Of a DNA stretch of 64,000 nt, positions 10,885 through 22,300 are shown piece by piece. Positions within the stretch are counted from its first letter, which is position 1; every line of letters begins with the position of its first letter. Origin of the DNA: Bigelowiella natans CCMP2755 (Eukaryota; Protista; Cercozoa). The notes beneath the pieces are model-generated. The model was not told the DNA's origin and did no database searches. It worked only from the letters and a program-made list of their open reading frames with translations. The stretch is from contig ADNK01002345.1 of the NCBI GenBank assembly GCA_000320545.1, positions 1 through 64,000 on the forward strand, written 5' to 3'. The position numbers were made by a program, and so were the translations under genes.

Positions 10885-11457
10885 ACATGTGTGCTACTAA
10901 CTGCTAACGCACATGCAAATCAATGCAACTTAACTCCTCTGGCTAGCTAGCTGCTAGTCGTTGTAGCGCGCATTCAGATGCGTGCTAAAAATTGCATAGA
11001 TGTGTGCTGAATTTACAATGGTCTGTAATGACTACTCATCATGCATCTAGACAGCCGAGCTAGCGAGGCATTGTGCTTTCTAGCTTTGTTTTGCAGCAAA
11101 AATTAAAACATTACAATGGCATTTTGAGCCAAAAAGTCCGGAATCCTAGCGGAATCACCGCTTTTACGACCGAAACCCCCAACACTGTCTTTTTCTTTTG
11201 GTGAGGTAATGCTGACTGCGGGAGAGAAGGATTCGTGCAATTAGATCTAGATCTACGGAAGAGAGAAGATATAATCCTGGCGTCTTGGAAATATCGTGGA
11301 AATAGAGGGGTATCACCAAAGACGACATGAATATCTCGAGATATCCTGGATATCCTCCGTGCTCTAATGAATCTAAAGTCGCGGGAGGAGTCGAATTCGT
11401 GAGTCTTCCTGTTTAACGCAAGATTCTGATAGCTATCAAGAAAGGCTGAGAACAGAG

Positions 11458-11968
11458 GACGGGGAAGGCTGGCAATCCTACGCCTACTGCACCAACTACG
11501 ATGTTCAAAGGGCCTCACAAGGGTTGCTACTTGTCTGGATATGCTGCTGTTGGCACATTCAAGTTTGACACATTCGAAAAAGCTAAGGAGGCAGCCTTTG
11601 CCAATGCAGCAGTAGTGGGGGGTATAACGAAGACTAGCAGGCACTACACGCTCAGAGCCGGTCGTGAGCTGCGCCCATCGCCCAGTGGGGAGATCTCGTG
11701 GATCTTAGAGCACAAGAAGACGGGGAAGGCTGGCAATCCTACGCCTACTGCACCAACTACGATGTTCAAAGGGCCTCACAAGGGTTGCTACTTGTCTGGA
11801 TATGCTGCTGTTGGCACATTCAAGTTTGACACATTCGAAAAAGCTAAGGAGGCAGCCTTTGCCAATGCAGCAGTAGTGGGGGGTATAACGAAGACTAGCA
11901 GGCACTACACGCTCAGAGCCGGTCGTGAGCTGCGCCCATCGCCCAGTGGGGAGATCTCGTGGATCTTA
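11458..11968 (+). repeat. Perfect 250-bp direct duplication (period 261 bp) within an ORF
   Basis: 11458-11707 equals 11719-11968 with an 11-bp spacer. The duplication is in frame, so the MFKGPHKGC...GEISWIL module appears twice. Confidence 0.95.
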
Positions 11969-13678
11969 AGCTCGGTGACCACAGAGAAGGACAAGAACGA
12001 TGCTAAGATCTTCGATGGAGTTCTCACCAAAGTCATCACCCAGAACATTAGGACAAAAACAAAAGAAAATTGTGACGACGACGGCAAATTTGAAAAGCCA
12101 AATCTGCCAACCCTAACACATCAGAGCTCTGAAGAGCTTATGGCACGGTGGAGTGAAAAACCCAACGCGAAGAGTGTGCTCCCTGTGTACCGAACGGCCG
12201 CCGAAATGATATGCCTAAAGTGGGAATGGGTGACTCACACACGGACTCTCACAATTTTGGAGTTCTTGGGTGATGAATTCGAGAAGGACAACACATTGAA
12301 AGCTGGTTTAATGAACATCAAATTTGCAGTTTCCACGTTGACTAAAGTAATTGCGAAAGCCTACAAAATGCATCCAAGGGATGTGCCAGATCGACGATGC
12401 GTCACGACGGGCCGAGTTCTCCTAACTACTCTGACACAATTCTTTGCAAAGCTAGAATGGAGGCAGCCCTACTTCCACATGGCAATGGGATATTGTTTAC
12501 AGCTCGCCGACCCAGACTCTCTGGTGGCGAAACTGGGAGAAATCTGCGACAAAGCGTCAAAATGCAAGTCCGCACAACGACTGGGCTTCACGGCAGGGAT
12601 TCAATTTTCCCACGAGCTGTTCATCAGCAGAGTAAAAAAAAATTCCAAATCAGATCAAATCGATGACGTAGATAGGGAAAACAACGCTGACGGGAAGATG
12701 GAGCTGAAAGCAGCCAGAAGCATGTGCAGGCGCGCGTTCGAAGAGTACGTGGACCACCACAAGCACCAGGCGTATCGAAGTGCATTCCTCGAACCCGTAA
12801 AAGCGTACTACAAAGCAGTGGGCAACATGGTCATGCACAACGATGCTGCTGTACATGGCGTAAACTGGCACCTAAGTGGAGTCATGGCCGCGATTGGGAT
12901 GCGGTTCCCCGTGGTCCCATTTCTCAGCGATAAGCACTTCACGGGATTCGCAACGCACTGGCACGCCAGAGGCGGGCGTGTGATGTGGGAGGAGTACAAA
13001 AAGCCCGTGAACTTCGGGCGGGCGTACGAAGGCGTTCCTGCGATTCGAAAGCTAGGACGTAAAGGAATGGGGAGGACTGAGGAAAATGGCATTCATGGAC
13101 ACGTTGGCTCTGCCCGGCAATTCGGACAGGGGATAGCTGCGAACTCGAGCCTAACGCGGGCGGAAAAATGGCGCTTGTACGTTGAGAGGCTGTGTTATTT
13201 CTTCTCTTGGGAGTTCTTCTGTCCGAAGGCCATCGCGGTGCTGATGCAGGAAGATGCAGAGTTTCGCGCGATCGGGTTTCGGGAGGCTCTTAAAACAATA
13301 TTTAAGTTTTACAAGGAGTCAAAAAAAGGCGCTATCGACGAAGAAACTCTGCTGGATTTCATCTACGATGATATTAAAGGGGACTATGATGGTGCTCGTG
13401 TGAATAATCTTCTGCATTTCGCTGGGATCACAAAAGGAGAAGTCCAGGTAAAGAAGCGAAACCACAAAAGTAGAAAACCCAGCGATAAGAAAGGCAAGAA
13501 TGGAACTGCTAGTAAGAAGTTTCATGGCTCGCATGAACTTTTGACAGAAGTGAAGAAGCTTGTGAAGGAAGGACATGCTCAGAGACACATATTTAAAACA
13601 TGTCGGGCGCGAAAATTAGGAGACAATGGGGAGATATTCGCAGCCATCAGGTTCGCAATGGCCGCAGAGTGTAGCTAG
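11501..13678 (+). CDS. Intronless 725-aa protein of unknown function with duplicated N-terminal module
   Basis: A long uninterrupted ORF with normal globular amino-acid composition. No family was recognised. The true start could lie in an upstream exon (possible GTGAGT...CAG intron ~11400-11455). Confidence 0.8.
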   Translation: MFKGPHKGCYLSGYAAVGTFKFDTFEKAKEAAFANAAVVGGITKTSRHYTLRAGRELRPSPSGEISWILEHKKTGKAGNPTPTAPTTMFKGPHKGCYLSGYAAVGTFKFDTFEKAKEAAFANAAVVGGITKTSRHYTLRAGRELRPSPSGEISWILSSVTTEKDKNDAKIFDGVLTKVITQNIRTKTKENCDDDGKFEKPNLPTLTHQSSEELMARWSEKPNAKSVLPVYRTAAEMICLKWEWVTHTRTLTILEFLGDEFEKDNTLKAGLMNIKFAVSTLTKVIAKAYKMHPRDVPDRRCVTTGRVLLTTLTQFFAKLEWRQPYFHMAMGYCLQLADPDSLVAKLGEICDKASKCKSAQRLGFTAGIQFSHELFISRVKKNSKSDQIDDVDRENNADGKMELKAARSMCRRAFEEYVDHHKHQAYRSAFLEPVKAYYKAVGNMVMHNDAAVHGVNWHLSGVMAAIGMRFPVVPFLSDKHFTGFATHWHARGGRVMWEEYKKPVNFGRAYEGVPAIRKLGRKGMGRTEENGIHGHVGSARQFGQGIAANSSLTRAEKWRLYVERLCYFFSWEFFCPKAIAVLMQEDAEFRAIGFREALKTIFKFYKESKKGAIDEETLLDFIYDDIKGDYDGARVNNLLHFAGITKGEVQVKKRNHKSRKPSDKKGKNGTASKKFHGSHELLTEVKKLVKEGHAQRHIFKTCRARKLGDNGEIFAAIRFAMAAECS

Positions 13679-13679
13679 C

Positions 13680-14410
13680 AGTAGGATCAGCATCGAGCTA
13701 GTGCTTGAATCACTGTCCGACAAGCGAGTGAATTGTTTCAGAAATGTCTGCATTCCTAGATCAGACACCGGTAGTTCATTGTATCATGCTTGCATGTCAT
13801 CATTCATGTTGATTGGTCACTGTCAACAACGAACAAGTGAACGCACACCCGATGCGCAGCACACGTAAGCAAGCAGCATTCTTGCATCCTCGGATGCACA
13901 CATATCCATCTGGACATCAGTGAAGGCAAAAAGCAGCAAGTGAACGCATGCCCGATGTGCAGCCACATGCACAGCATGCGTCAACAAGGAGCATGCGCTG
14001 CGCGATGCCATCAATGCGCACCAGCGTGCACTAGCTAGCTAGCTGGCTAGCTGGCATGCTGCATGCCCAGCTAGCCAGTAGCGGCGTCCAATTGTGTGCG
14101 ACAGCAACAATAACAACGTTCGCGCGTCGCACATCATCACATCGGTCGGCTGAGTTTTGGGGTGCTTTGCGTTGAGCAAATGCACCGGACACGCTAGCAC
14201 GCTGATCGACCCGCATCCTTGCTAGCTTGGTTCAGTGATCGACTGGAAGACCAAGGAAAACTGAGGGCTCGTTTCGCATCCGCCGGCCACGAGCCCCAGC
14301 GAAGGACAATCGAACCCAGCGACATGCACTCCCCTCTCCAGAGCTAGAGAGCTCTCTGAGCTCTGCACGCAACCCAAGCCAACAAGCTCGCGTGCATGAA
14401 CGAATGAATG
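13680..14410. repeat. CTAG/AGCT/CATG/TGCA-rich degenerate repeat tract
   Basis: Dense CTAGCTAG, GCATGC and ATGCAT words plus an internal direct repeat (CAAGTGAACGCA...CCGATG.GCAGC). Similar tracts occur at ~10885-11110, 16450-17560, 38480-39560, 44400-45650, 48170-50050, 51300-52400 and 59900-60740. Confidence 0.7.
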
Positions 14411-14413
14411 CTA

Positions 14414-14743
14414 GAATGTCCGTCTTGAAAATTTGTAAAGTACTCCGTTTGGCTTCGTTGTGAGCTCAGAAAGCTGTTCGAACTCCACCAAGCTCCCGGA
14501 GTCGAGGAATGCCACCTTGTGGAACCTGTTTTTGAGAAAAGTCAATGGGATCCGTGTCGACGATGCACGACGACGGCGAGGACGAAGACAAGGACCTGTG
14601 GATGTGCTGGAGCCTGTGGCATGTCATGACAACGGTGGTCTTGAGGCTGAAGATCACATCGTGGACCTTCTCATCCGTCTCCCGGTCGACATTTGCGGTG
14701 GCTCTAGCAAGCTAGACAGGGGCGCGCGCGGGGGAGAAGATGC
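14414..14743 (-). pseudogene. Diverged copy of the last two exons plus intron of the ABCC gene
   Basis: Aligns with 17716-18051 and translates as IFSLKTTVVMTCHRLQHIHR and FHKVAFLDSGSLVE. It retains the intron with a deletion and has scattered substitutions. Confidence 0.88.
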
Positions 14744-15136
14744 GAGCAGTGAAAAACTCTAGACCCGAACTAAATTTCACCTAAAGAAAAATGCTCAATT
14801 TCCATGCCAAAAAGAAGGAATTCCAGCTACTACTTTTTACAAAATTCCGAGTCTAACTCCTCATCACTGCCACTGCCGTTTTTGGGCGAAATTTCGAAAC
14901 CGAATCGCACGTTTGCCCGAGTTTGTGCCGGCACGGAACGTGCACATACGAGGAGAGTGTCTCATCGCCGACGAGGTCACTCCGCAAGTGGCTTCTCAGG
15001 CTTCTCTCGCTGATGGAAGGACATAACACCGCTCCAAGGAGAGGAGGAGGAGCTCAATAGTTATATTTCTTCTCCTCCGCCTCCTCCTCCTCCTCCTCCT
15101 CCTCCTCCTCCTCCTCCTCCTCCTCCTCCTCATCCC

Positions 15137-16445
15137 ATGTACCTCCTGTGGAAACATGCTGCTGCGATTTTGCTCATCATATTTCTCTTGGTACATTTTA
15201 ATTATTAAATTCATTCCCGTAGCCATTTCTCAATTGGTTATTATAAACACGTTTAGGTACACTTCGAGAGTGGTGGATTGTTTGGCCCTGGACGGGTGAA
15301 CGAAAAAGATCTGACACGAGGCAGCACGAGCTCAAAGCACCTACCAAGCCCACCAGAGTTACCCACAGAAGCCGTGACAATCGCAAGAGAAGATGATGAA
15401 TTGTCTATCATAGTCACAACTGCCGATGAAGATAGTCCAAAAGTAGCAGTGTGCACGGCTGCTCTGTATGGCAATCCGACTAATTATGAGTACCTTAATG
15501 AATGGATTCGTTATCAGAGATACTGGGGTTTCAGTATCTTCAGTTATTATCATCCCAATCGGACAAATCCCAGATTTGTAAAATGGATGAAAAAAAATAT
15601 GGATGTTGTCGAGACGGTATAGTCTTCTAACATGTGGAATCTCTTTGATTCTTCCTCCGTTCAAAATATTTACACTACTCTCCATTTGTAGGTCCCGTTC
15701 TGCGATCCAATTGAAACTTGCGCTCATCTGTCATCTATACATCTATGCCATAACAAAACACGTCAAAATTTCGATTGGGTGCGACCTATGTTTCACGTTT
15801 TAGAAAGCCGGTTGAGGAGTTGACTGAATTAATTAATGTTAGGTAATAATGCACGACATAGACGAAAGTTTGCACATACCTGGAGTGTATAATCGAGAAC
15901 AGTTGTATCAATTCCTGGAGGCACATTCCAATGTCGCAGTGTTTACTTATGGCATTTACATATATCAGCCTGAAATATGTTTACCGCGGAGAAGCGACGC
16001 TGTGGGGCAAAAGATGCCCAACATTAAGGCTATGCCATTCCGTTACAGAAAGCGATATTGTTGTCGTAATCAAACGGGGGGGTTTAAGTTAGGACCAGGT
16101 AGGATGGCATCAAGATTTACTGGATATGATACCCAAGAGTGCCTGTTTGGATGTGGAAAGCGCAAGCTTTTAATCCTGCCAAAGTTCATCGCATTGGGAG
16201 AGATACGTGCACACAATGTCATTCCACACGCAATTTTCGGAAATATGGTATATCACGATGCTCCTATTGACCTCATTAACTCCCACGAGTACCGGGGTAT
16301 TCTGATCAGAACCCCTGATAAAATGTGCAGTCACATCACCGAGGAACTGATCGATCCAAAGCTGAAGGAACTTTACATCAAAGACCCATTTGATGTTGAC
16401 ACGCTTAAGACCCGTAGTTCCAAGCTCCAGGCGACGCCGACGTAG
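15137..16445 (+). CDS. Type II membrane glycosyltransferase, GT92/DUF23-like (GT-A fold)
   Basis: Signal anchor MYLLWKHAAAILLIIFLLV. VAVCTAALYG...YLNEWIRYQRYWGF and a DxD-type HDIDE motif are typical of GT92-like proteins. There are several short GT-AG introns. Confidence 0.65.
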
Positions 16446-17626
16446 TAATGATCGTCCAAAATGTTTCCATGAAAATCATTTGATTTCAGCATACCTGGCT
16501 GGCTGGCCACGGCATGGGCATGCGGTGTCGTCGCAGCAAACGCCCGGAACTTTGACGCACATGCAAGCTCGGACAATGACAGCTAGCAGAATGGCTGCGA
16601 CAGCTTCGCATCACATTGGATATCAACAATGCGCAGGCTAGTAGGAGATGTCAATGTTCACCGTGCTTCTGATTCAGCCACCGCACCATGAGAGTGAGTG
16701 AGCAAATCATTTTGAATGCAAACTCGGTGTCATCAGTCTAACAGTCAGCACGTAGAAACGCGACTTTTGGAGATGCGTTGGCACCAACATTCCCTGAAAC
16801 TTTCATGCAATGGTTTAAACGCCACAGTCATCACTAGAAACGAATGATGATTCACATCGATCTAGCGACATGCATCTAGAGAACGGGAATTCATGATGTC
16901 GCATCACGTCATTGTTGTTCATCAATTCATCGTTGTCGCCAACAACCTTCATTGCGAGCAAATGATCGAACGCACAGCCGATCTAGCGATGCAGTGCATG
17001 ACAGCAAGCAGCATGCGCACACATCTAGACATGCGATGCATCGGTGTCACGAAAGGTAGCGCCCTTCACCACAACTAGACTCATAGATCGCTGGTACACA
17101 TCTAGATGACACGTGCGCTGGTTGCCGCACGCTAAGTCAAATAATTAACCTTGAAAGTACGTGTGCGTCGGGTAGCAGTGCACATGCTAGCATGGATTGA
17201 ATCCACACACTACACACAACATGCACAGGACATGCTGTGTCAATTGCCAGATCATGGCTAGCAGGCTGACAGGTGTCACTCCATTCTAGCACAGCTTGCA
17301 CATCACAACCACTGAGCAGTCATGCAGACGAAGACATGAAAAGCGCCTGTCACAGGAAAATCTCTCAGCACGACTCACCTAGCTATCTAGCTGTAGATGC
17401 ATCAGACACACGATTCGCTTGGGCGTGCGTGAAAATTAAGGTGAAAAACCTGAAACATTCGCAAATTAAAACATGCGTGGGCTGCACCGCCATGCATTCC
17501 TGGATGCACATGCATGACGCAACCATGTGAAAAAATTCGGACCCGAAAAACATGTTGGCACTGATGATTCTCAACTGTGAAACCATTGCATGCATCTTAG
17601 TAGACACACACCATCGCTCATGCCGA

Positions 17627-20600
17627 TCACGCGGCAACAGAAGACCGAGAGCACTCCCGCGCTCCGAGGGACACTGCTTCCTCCTCCTCATCATCCTCCC
17701 TCTTCTTTCCCATTGGAATGTTCGCCCGTCTAAAAAATTCGGAAAGTACTCCGTTTGGCTTCTTTGTGAGCTCAGAAGGCCGTCCGAACTCCACCAAGCT
17801 CCCGGAGTCGAGGACTGCCACCTTGTCGAACCTGTTTTTGAGAAAAGTCAATCGGATGTTTGTGCGGTCATTCAGAGATCATGTCGACGACGACGGCGAG
17901 GACGAAGACAATGACCTGTGGATGTGCTGGAGCCTGTGGCATATCATGACAACGGTGGTCTTGAGGCTGAAGATCACATCGTGGACCTTCTCATCCGTCT
18001 CCAGGTCGACATTTGCGGTGGCCTAGACAGGGGGCGCGCAGGAGAAGATGCAAGAGAATGATCAGAATGTGGAGGGGGGGATGGGGGATGTGCTGCGAAC
18101 AGAAATGGAAAATAGGAGCAGCTGCGGTGAGAGATGTCAAGCTATGCGGTGGTGCAAACTGTGTAGAAAATCGACAAATTAGGGAAAAGCCCGGAGAACG
18201 ACCTCATCACAGAGGAGCAAGCTGGTAGTGTCTTGAGTGATGAGCGCCCTTGCCAAAGCTATAAGCTGTCTCTCACCAGCAGAGAAGTTCCCTCCCCCGT
18301 CGACAACCAAAAAGTCCAACTGACCCGGCAGCCCTCGTACCAATTTCTCAATCCCGGCATCACGCAAACACCTCCAGATGAGCTACACAGAACGACGCCA
18401 AATCAAACAATTTGCAAGAAGGATATGCGATTAGCCTCACGACGGTGAGGCGGTTAATTCGGAGAATTTGTCGTTTTACCTCGTCAGATTCAGTCTCAGA
18501 CAGGTTATTGCGAAGGGGGCCGGAAAGCAAAACTTTGTATTTCCATGGTCAAAATTAGAGAGAGAATTTTGGGCAAGGGAGAGGGGGAACAGGATATTGA
18601 GACGAATACACTGCACGGGCGTCTTTGCTTTCATAATCAGTCATCATCTATCGCCATGTTCCACCACCATGAAATCATCATCACCATCATCCTTATCATC
18701 ATCCATATTTACTATGATCTAACTCCCCCACTCCCCCCCCCCCCTTTCTCCTCGTCGCTATGCCCATCCATCATCAGTCCCACAGCACCTGCGTCTTGAT
18801 CAACCACTTGCACCTGGGTCCGCAGACGCTCAATGTGCATGCGATTGATGTCGTTGCCTCCGAGGAGGATGCGCCCCGCCTGGTGGAACAGTAACAGCAC
18901 CAAAAACAACAACAATAACAAAGAAACGATGGTGAGAGTACGGAGGATGACAACTGCAGTCTGCAACGCATGCAACGAGCTCAACGCAACAGTACTTCTC
19001 CAGCTCTGCTGATGCTGTGTCCTCCGCATGAGAGAGCAAAGGAAGTTACCGATATCGGGTAGAGGCGGGAGATAGAGGAAAAGACGCTCGATTTTCCACA
19101 GCCGCTACGGCCACACAGAGCAACTTTCTCGCCCCGAGCGATGTGTAAGGAGAGGCCGTTCAGCACTAGATGGTGGGAAATGATAGCGCGACAAACAAAG
19201 AGGTCATTAAGCATCAGTGGAGAACACCCGAGGTGTTGATTTCTACGCACAAAAACGCATGTAGTTAGTTTTCTCACCCACGGCTACCAGCGCCACCATT
19301 GCCAACGCTACTAGCATCATCATTAATATCATCAGAACCTATTGCTACTACTACGGACGCTTCTTATATAAGTAACCGTGAGTTTTGTCGAGTCGATATC
19401 GGAGGTACACTTCATCAAAGGTGAGCGTGGCGCCCCCCTTCCACCCCCCTCCTCCTCCTCCTCCTCCTCCTCCTCCTCCTCTTGGTCTCCTCCCAACTCC
19501 AACGCTAGCTAGCTCTTTGGAGTCATCTTCACATTCGTCGTCCTCCTCGAGAAGGTTTTTCATCTCAAAGTCGTCGGCAGAGCACGCCCCCCTTCCGACG
19601 CGGGAGTGGATGATGACGGACGCCTGTCTCCTTCCCCCCTCCTCCTCCTTCTCCTCCTCCTCGAGAGGATGGTTTCCTCGCCGAACATATTCACCAACCC
19701 GCTCAACGGAAACAAAGTCGGTTTCAATGTCGGCCAGCTCGCAGAAGAAGTGCATGATCATTCGCTGGAGTTGGGATGAGTAGAGCAACACCTTTCATTG
19801 GGGAGAACACAACTCTCAGGCGCAGCAGTACTTGTCGTCATTGTCGTCATTGTCGTCGTCGTCGTCGTCGTCGTCGTAGTTGTTTTGCGCGTGCGTTTTT
19901 CAAGACGTCAGCACGATTGTTTGATGTCTTTGTTTTGTTACCAGTCCCATCTGCGCCGGAGTGAGGCGGCCAGAATCCACGAGCAGCACACACACGACGC
20001 CCGACGAGATGTAGAGAACCGCTGACGCTTGGCAGATCAGAACCTGTAATAGTGATGAATGATGATGAGGAGGAGGAGGAGGAGGATAAGGATGTTGTGC
20101 ACGTCATATTTCTTATGATCCCATTGTAGAAGAGGCTACCTGCGCCCATTTAATCACAGCTTCGTTCGCATAACGAGCCCTTGCCATGGCTTCGATGAGA
20201 CTGAGCGACTTCCTGAGGAACATTCTGTCGGATCCAAAGCCCAAGATGCAGTCCTTTCCGTCAATGGAGTCCGAAAAGTGCGCGTAGCACGGCGAATGTG
20301 CAGACGATTCGATGCGTCTCGCGTCACGGGAGGCGATGCGAGCACGGCGGAAAATGATCTTGAGGAGCGGGATCAGCACAACCAGCGCCAGAGCGGAGAA
20401 CGGTGCGTATGCAAACACCAGCACTATCATCGACCTACACGAATAAACCGGCGAAGGCGTTGGTCAGCGCATAATACACAAAGACCCGCCCACACATAAA
20501 CACACATGTATCTATCAGAGAGAAAATAGAGGGAAAGGGGAGGTGGTTCTTCCACGTACAAGAGCGTGAACGTGTCGGTGAGAAGATGCTCCAATGTCTG

Positions 20601-22261
20601 CGGCACGAACGTGTCGATGGATTCCAGGTCTTGCAAGAAACGGTTCAGGATCTTTCCGGCCGGCGTCGTGTCGAAGAATGACAACGGGGCCGACAGCACA
20701 CCCGCCAGCATCTTGTCGTGAATGGCCGAAGACGCCGAGAGTGCGCTGTACCTGATGGGAGGCGTAAGCAACGGTCAGCCCAAGCGGCGAGTCCACTGAT
20801 TTCATTTGATTTCATTTATCCTCTCTCAACCCCCCCCCCCCCCTCCCCCCGCGCCCACCCTCCGTTTTGTTCTTCACCAGCATGCACGTGAGGGTGATTG
20901 TACTCTATCACAACCATCCTCTCCCATACCCATCCCCTCACACGTACATATGCTAACATATATGCTAAAGTCCTTACGTGATTAGCGTCATGACGAGGCT
21001 CCGAGCCACGGCGCGCATCAGACCGATACCGATGTACACGTACAGCTCAAAGGTAGCATTGGCGCCTCCTCCCCTTCCATGATCGGAGTCGGCTACGTGC
21101 TGCGTCCACATGGAAAGCCACAAGTTTTGTAGTGCCTCCGTCCCCACGCCGAGCACGCAAACCACGAAGACAGCGAGGAGCATGCAGCGGGACCTGCATG
21201 GAGAGGGAGGGAGGAGGGAGGATGTGTCCACAGAAACAACATCACCACCACCGTCTCCACCATAGGTAGGCAGGAGCTTTCTTTGGATGCTGCTATTCTA
21301 GTGTTGCTTACCCGTGCGCGAACTCGCTGAGATAGGTTCTGAAATCCTCCATGGAGACTTTGCCCTGGGGAGAAGAGGGGGGCAGAGCCAGTCAGAGCAG
21401 GCTCAGATAGGGAGAAATGCGAAGCCAGGGAAGGAGGGGAGGAGGGGGGGGGGGGGTGCGAACGCATCCTCAATCCTCAAACAAATGCAATTAAAGTTCC
21501 TAGCAGACCTCATTGCAATGGTCTTCGTCAATGCTCTTTTGTTGCTGGGACCTACCACTGAGGCTACCCATCAGCTGCTCAACCAGTTGATGCGTGATTT
21601 GCCTAGATCACAGCAGTGCAATGGCGCGCAGTAGCCGGTCAGGTCATCGCGAGGGGGGATTTTTACGTGGAGAGGGGATTGCGAAGTGAATCAATTAAAG
21701 ATAAGAAACTACCTCCCGTTCTGATGAGCAAGTGACGTTCGAAAGGCGTCTAAGCACTCGCTCAAATGAACCCCCCCCGGACCCCGCAATACCACAGGGG
21801 TATCCGACGAAGAGGATTCCGGGATGGAGGGGGGTAGGGGGGAGCACGACATCGAAAAGTGGGTTCTCGATGGCGACGGCTTCTGCTGAGACTTTGACTC
21901 TTTGCTGTTGTTGTTGTTGTTGTTGCCATTGGTGCTTTTAGTAGTAGTAGCGGCAGGGTGTTTCAGGATCACTCCCATAGCCTTCTCCTCCCCCTCCCTC
22001 CAAGCGGAGGATATCCTGGACGCCGTAGTAGCGCTGGATCGACGCACGACGTCTGCCACCGTTGCTGCCGCATCACCACCTGGCTTGTTCAGGGATATTG
22101 TTATGCTGGTCTCTGGCATCGAAGCGTACTGAATCTGTTGTGATGATCGAAGGCATAATGAGGAAGGGGCAGGAACAGTAATCATGCACGATGAATATCT
22201 GTTTCTTTTCTCTCTATCTTTCTCTCTCCCCCCAACCCCTCCCTCTCCCCCCTCTCTCTAT

Positions 22262-22300
<39 letters not shown>

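Noticed and set aside
10885-14770. Autonomous Helitron or DNA transposon carrying the 725-aa ORF
   Set aside because: No Rep/helicase or DDE transposase motifs were seen in the ORF, and no clear TIR/TSD or hairpin-CTAG terminus could be fixed. It is kept only as a hypothesis in the findings.
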